Assembly (NCBI GenBank): GCA_013378385.1
Contig: JACAFS010000006.1
Coordinates: 1-26,431 of the forward strand
Length of the DNA: 26,431 bases
DNA from: Nitrososphaerota archaeon
GTDB taxonomy: Archaea; Thermoproteota; Nitrososphaeria; Nitrososphaerales; UBA57
Direction of reading: 5' to 3'
Shown here: piece by piece, positions 24,468 through 26,431 of the stretch
How positions within the stretch are numbered: the first letter of the stretch is position 1
Layout: the number at the start of each line of letters is the position of its first letter
The notes under the pieces: model-generated
Databases searched by the model: none
What the model was told of the DNA's origin: nothing
The model's input: only the letters and a program-made list of their open reading frames with translations
Translations under genes and position numbers: made by a program

Positions 24468-24563
24468 TTCATATTTATATGTGCAACCTGATTTATAGTT
24501 TTTCAGGAATTAAATAATGTTGGTCACTAATTAGAACAATATTATTAACAAGATTGTGTAATT

Positions 24564-25412
24564 ATGCGTGTGGAGTTACTGTTCTTTGTATATATTCTAT
24601 CAACAAGTTTCATAGCAGGAATAATAGGATCGTTATTAGGATTGGGAGGAGGGATAATACTAGTACCTGCATTAACAATATTATTCGATATGCCAATACA
24701 TGAAGCAATTGGGTTGAGTTTCATAGGAGTATTAGTAAATTCAAGTAGTTCATCTTTAGTATATATAAAAAATGGCATAACCGACATAAGATTAAGTTCA
24801 ATCCTGGAAATAGGTGCGGCAATTGGATCAATCATCGGTGCATATACTGCATTATTAATAGATAGCAATGTTCTGAGTATAATTTTTGGAATTGTATTGG
24901 GATATGTGGCAATTGATATGTATAGAAAGACTAGAACGATGAAAGAGAACCATATAAAAAGAGAATTGAATTCGGGAGAAGAAAGAGAATATTTTGAAGA
25001 GAGTACAAAAAAGATGGTAAAATACTCACTACTAAGAAAGAAAGAGGGAATAATATTAAGTTCAGTAGGGGGAATTTTTGCGGGACTATTAGGAGTTGGA
25101 GGTGGTGTAATTTTTGTACCTATAATGAATAGAATAATGAATGTCCCAATAAAAGTAGCAATTGCAACAAGTAGTTTTATGATTGGAGTAACTTCATTGG
25201 TTGGAATGTTGATTTTTTTTAACAATGGTTTTATTGATGTTAGAATTATTTCTCCGATAATCATAGGAATATTTTTTGGTGCACAAGTAGGATCCAGAAT
25301 AAATATGGTAATAGATAAAAGATTACTTACAAATATTTTCATCTTAGTAATTATTTATATTGCGTTTAGAATGGTTACGAATGGGTTGGGAATTGAGGTG
25401 TTCAATATATGA
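24564..25412 (+). CDS. TauE/SafE (TSUP, DUF81) family anion exporter/permease
   Basis: Duplicated halves carry LGLGGGIILVPAL and LGVGGGVIFVPIM motifs, with ~8 TM. Confidence 0.85.
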   Translation: MRVELLFFVYILSTSFIAGIIGSLLGLGGGIILVPALTILFDMPIHEAIGLSFIGVLVNSSSSSLVYIKNGITDIRLSSILEIGAAIGSIIGAYTALLIDSNVLSIIFGIVLGYVAIDMYRKTRTMKENHIKRELNSGEEREYFEESTKKMVKYSLLRKKEGIILSSVGGIFAGLLGVGGGVIFVPIMNRIMNVPIKVAIATSSFMIGVTSLVGMLIFFNNGFIDVRIISPIIIGIFFGAQVGSRINMVIDKRLLTNIFILVIIYIAFRMVTNGLGIEVFNI

Positions 25413-25741
25413 CTGTGATAAATGAGAAAAACAAAGTAGAAAATTCGATATTAAAAATAATGAAATTATTATTGATAACTTCAGTAACTATGTCGATGGC
25501 TTCAGTACTAATAGAAGTCAATTTTATGGATCAATATATCATCAATGCAATGTTGAATACAAGTCTATTAGGAATTGATTTGTTAAAATTTCTGGCAATT
25601 TTAGCATTATTCATGATACCAGTCATAAGATTGTCCATAATGGCAATAGAATTTTACAAATCAGGCAGTTATATTAATGGAGTGACGGAATCAGTCGTTC
25701 TGATTATGATATTAGTATTAGCAGCTAGAATAGTAATTTAG
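25409..25741 (+). CDS. Small 3-TM membrane protein (DUF1634-like partner of TauE)
   Basis: ATGA overlap with the TauE stop. 110 aa and hydrophobic. A small membrane protein downstream of DUF81 genes is a common arrangement; the family assignment was not verified. Confidence 0.5.
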   Translation: MTVINEKNKVENSILKIMKLLLITSVTMSMASVLIEVNFMDQYIINAMLNTSLLGIDLLKFLAILALFMIPVIRLSIMAIEFYKSGSYINGVTESVVLIMILVLAARIVI

Positions 25742-26028
25742 AGTATGTCAAGTGTGCCGTATCGGCCAACATTTAACTTAACTTCTCCGCGAAAACTGTT
25801 AGTATAGCCATTACCAATTTTTAGTTTGGTACCAACTTCTACTTTTTCTATATCGTCGTTCCATAACGACAGCGTAATTTCTCCTGTTTCGTCCTTAATT
25901 TTGATGTCTGCAACACGGGCTTCCGTGCCAAAACGTGTATTTACAGTTCGTGTTTCGCCCTTTTCAGTGACTTCAGCTTCTGGAATTTCAACGTTTCTTG
26001 CGCCATCAGTTAATTCGGTAATGTTCAT
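25738..26028 (-). CDS. ssb: Single-OB-fold SSB (crenarchaeal type), lacking a C-terminal tail
   Basis: VADIKIKDETGEITLSLWNDDIEKVEVGTKLKIGNGYTNSFRGEVKLNVG aligns by eye with Sulfolobus SSB [48 protein letters not shown]. Confidence 0.75.
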   Translation of the reverse strand: MNITELTDGARNVEIPEAEVTEKGETRTVNTRFGTEARVADIKIKDETGEITLSLWNDDIEKVEVGTKLKIGNGYTNSFRGEVKLNVGRYGTLDIL

Positions 26029-26103
26029 TTTATAATAATATATGAGTTCGTAATATTATTTTAACATTTGTTATTAGTAACCATAATACAAGTGTAATAG
26101 AGG

Positions 26104-26409
26104 ATGAATTTAGGATTATTTGAATATGGATTAGTATTAATGTCCTTCATTATTACTTATTTTGCTACGAAAATATTGATTTCTTTATTAATTAATTCAA
26201 AAAGGGTAGTTTTAGATTATCATAAAGAAGGAAAGAAGTTTGTTGCGCACCCTGGTGGACCTGCATTAATTATAGGTCTTATATCGTCACTCGTACTTGC
26301 ATTTGTAATAACAAATGATATAAGAATATTAGCAATACTCGGAGTAGTAATAATTTCCTCGGCAATTGGGTTAGTTGATGATTTTAGATCATTAGGTGGA
26401 AGGAAATAG
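26104..26409 (+). CDS. N-terminal part of a GT4 polyprenyl-phosphate HexNAc-1-phosphate transferase (MraY/WecA/AglH-like), interrupted by in-frame TAG
   Basis: DYHKEGKKFVAHPGGPALIIG and GLVDDFRSLGGRK match the family's first loops. The frame stops at TAG 26410-26412 but continues sensibly (PLSLVLA) to the window end. Confidence 0.6.
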   Translation: MNLGLFEYGLVLMSFIITYFATKILISLLINSKRVVLDYHKEGKKFVAHPGGPALIIGLISSLVLAFVITNDIRILAILGVVIISSAIGLVDDFRSLGGRK

Positions 26410-26431
26410 CCTTTGAGTTTAGTATTAGCGT

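Noticed and set aside
10610-24500. Accessory block downstream of tRNA-Leu considered as a tRNA-integrated genomic island
   Set aside because: By eye I found no integrase, no direct repeat of the tRNA 3' end (…GGTTCAAATCCCATCTCCCGCA) at the candidate far boundaries, and no obvious shift in base composition or codon style. A proper repeat search over the full genome would be needed to revisit this.
24545-25342. 265-aa ORF on the minus strand, nearly as long as the TauE gene it overlaps
   Set aside because: It is the antisense shadow of the TauE gene. Its translation is I/P/N/T-rich low-complexity sequence with no motifs, whereas the + strand shows duplicated GxGGG TSUP motifs. Such shadows are common opposite G-x-x-rich membrane genes in AT-rich DNA.
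26034-26060. 8-bp inverted repeat AATAATAT ... ATATTATT between the divergent ssb and GT4 genes
   Set aside because: It is composed only of A/T in an AT-rich divergent promoter region, so it is expected by chance and probably just reflects two opposed TATA-like boxes.
26410-26412. In-frame TAG as pyrrolysine
   Set aside because: No pyl genes or methylamine methyltransferase context are present in the window, and the inferred lineage is not known to use Pyl. Mutation, sequencing error or a pseudogene is more likely.

Overview
AT-rich (about one-third G+C by eye, not computed), very compact archaeal chromosome segment. By my hand tally of gaps, only about 1 kb of 26.4 kb (~4%) is non-coding. 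The gene content (r-proteins L10e and L21e, RNA polymerase subunit Rpo4/F, the DUF655-KsgA-HemK string, a crenarchaeal-type OB-fold SSB, a PP-loop tRNA thiolase) and the composition suggest a streamlined marine thaumarchaeon (Nitrosopumilales-like). That taxonomic call is inference. Layout: (i) 1-8.0 kb is a housekeeping block rich in RNA-modification and translation genes. (ii) 8.0-10.5 kb is an oxidative-stress islet: Ni-superoxide dismutase SodN and an aquaporin sit directly upstream of rpl21e-rpoF, and a SodX-type maturation protease plus an aldo/keto reductase are transcribed divergently. (iii) tRNA-Leu(GAG) lies at 10610-10694. (iv) 10.7-24.5 kb is an envelope/accessory block. It holds an orphan FtsX/MacB-type permease and a 12.5-kb same-strand run of six further loci: a stalked coiled-coil membrane protein; a C-terminally anchored BNR/Asp-box propeller protein; an Opp/Dpp/Nik-family ABC importer; and a 675-aa anchored protein built from five ~80-aa repeats. 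The importer consists of a 916-aa anchored SBP with a (KPAAK)6 tail encoded by a 15-bp tandem repeat, OppB, OppC with a ~210-aa ectodomain insert, and a fused OppDF. (v) The right end carries a TauE/DUF1634-like pair, the SSB, and a GT4 (MraY/WecA-like) gene hit by an in-frame TAG at the window edge. I saw no CRISPR array, transposase, integrase or rRNA. The best candidates for something undescribed are the surface-anchored capture/import locus and the SodN-aquaporin couple. All functional links between genes are hypotheses.
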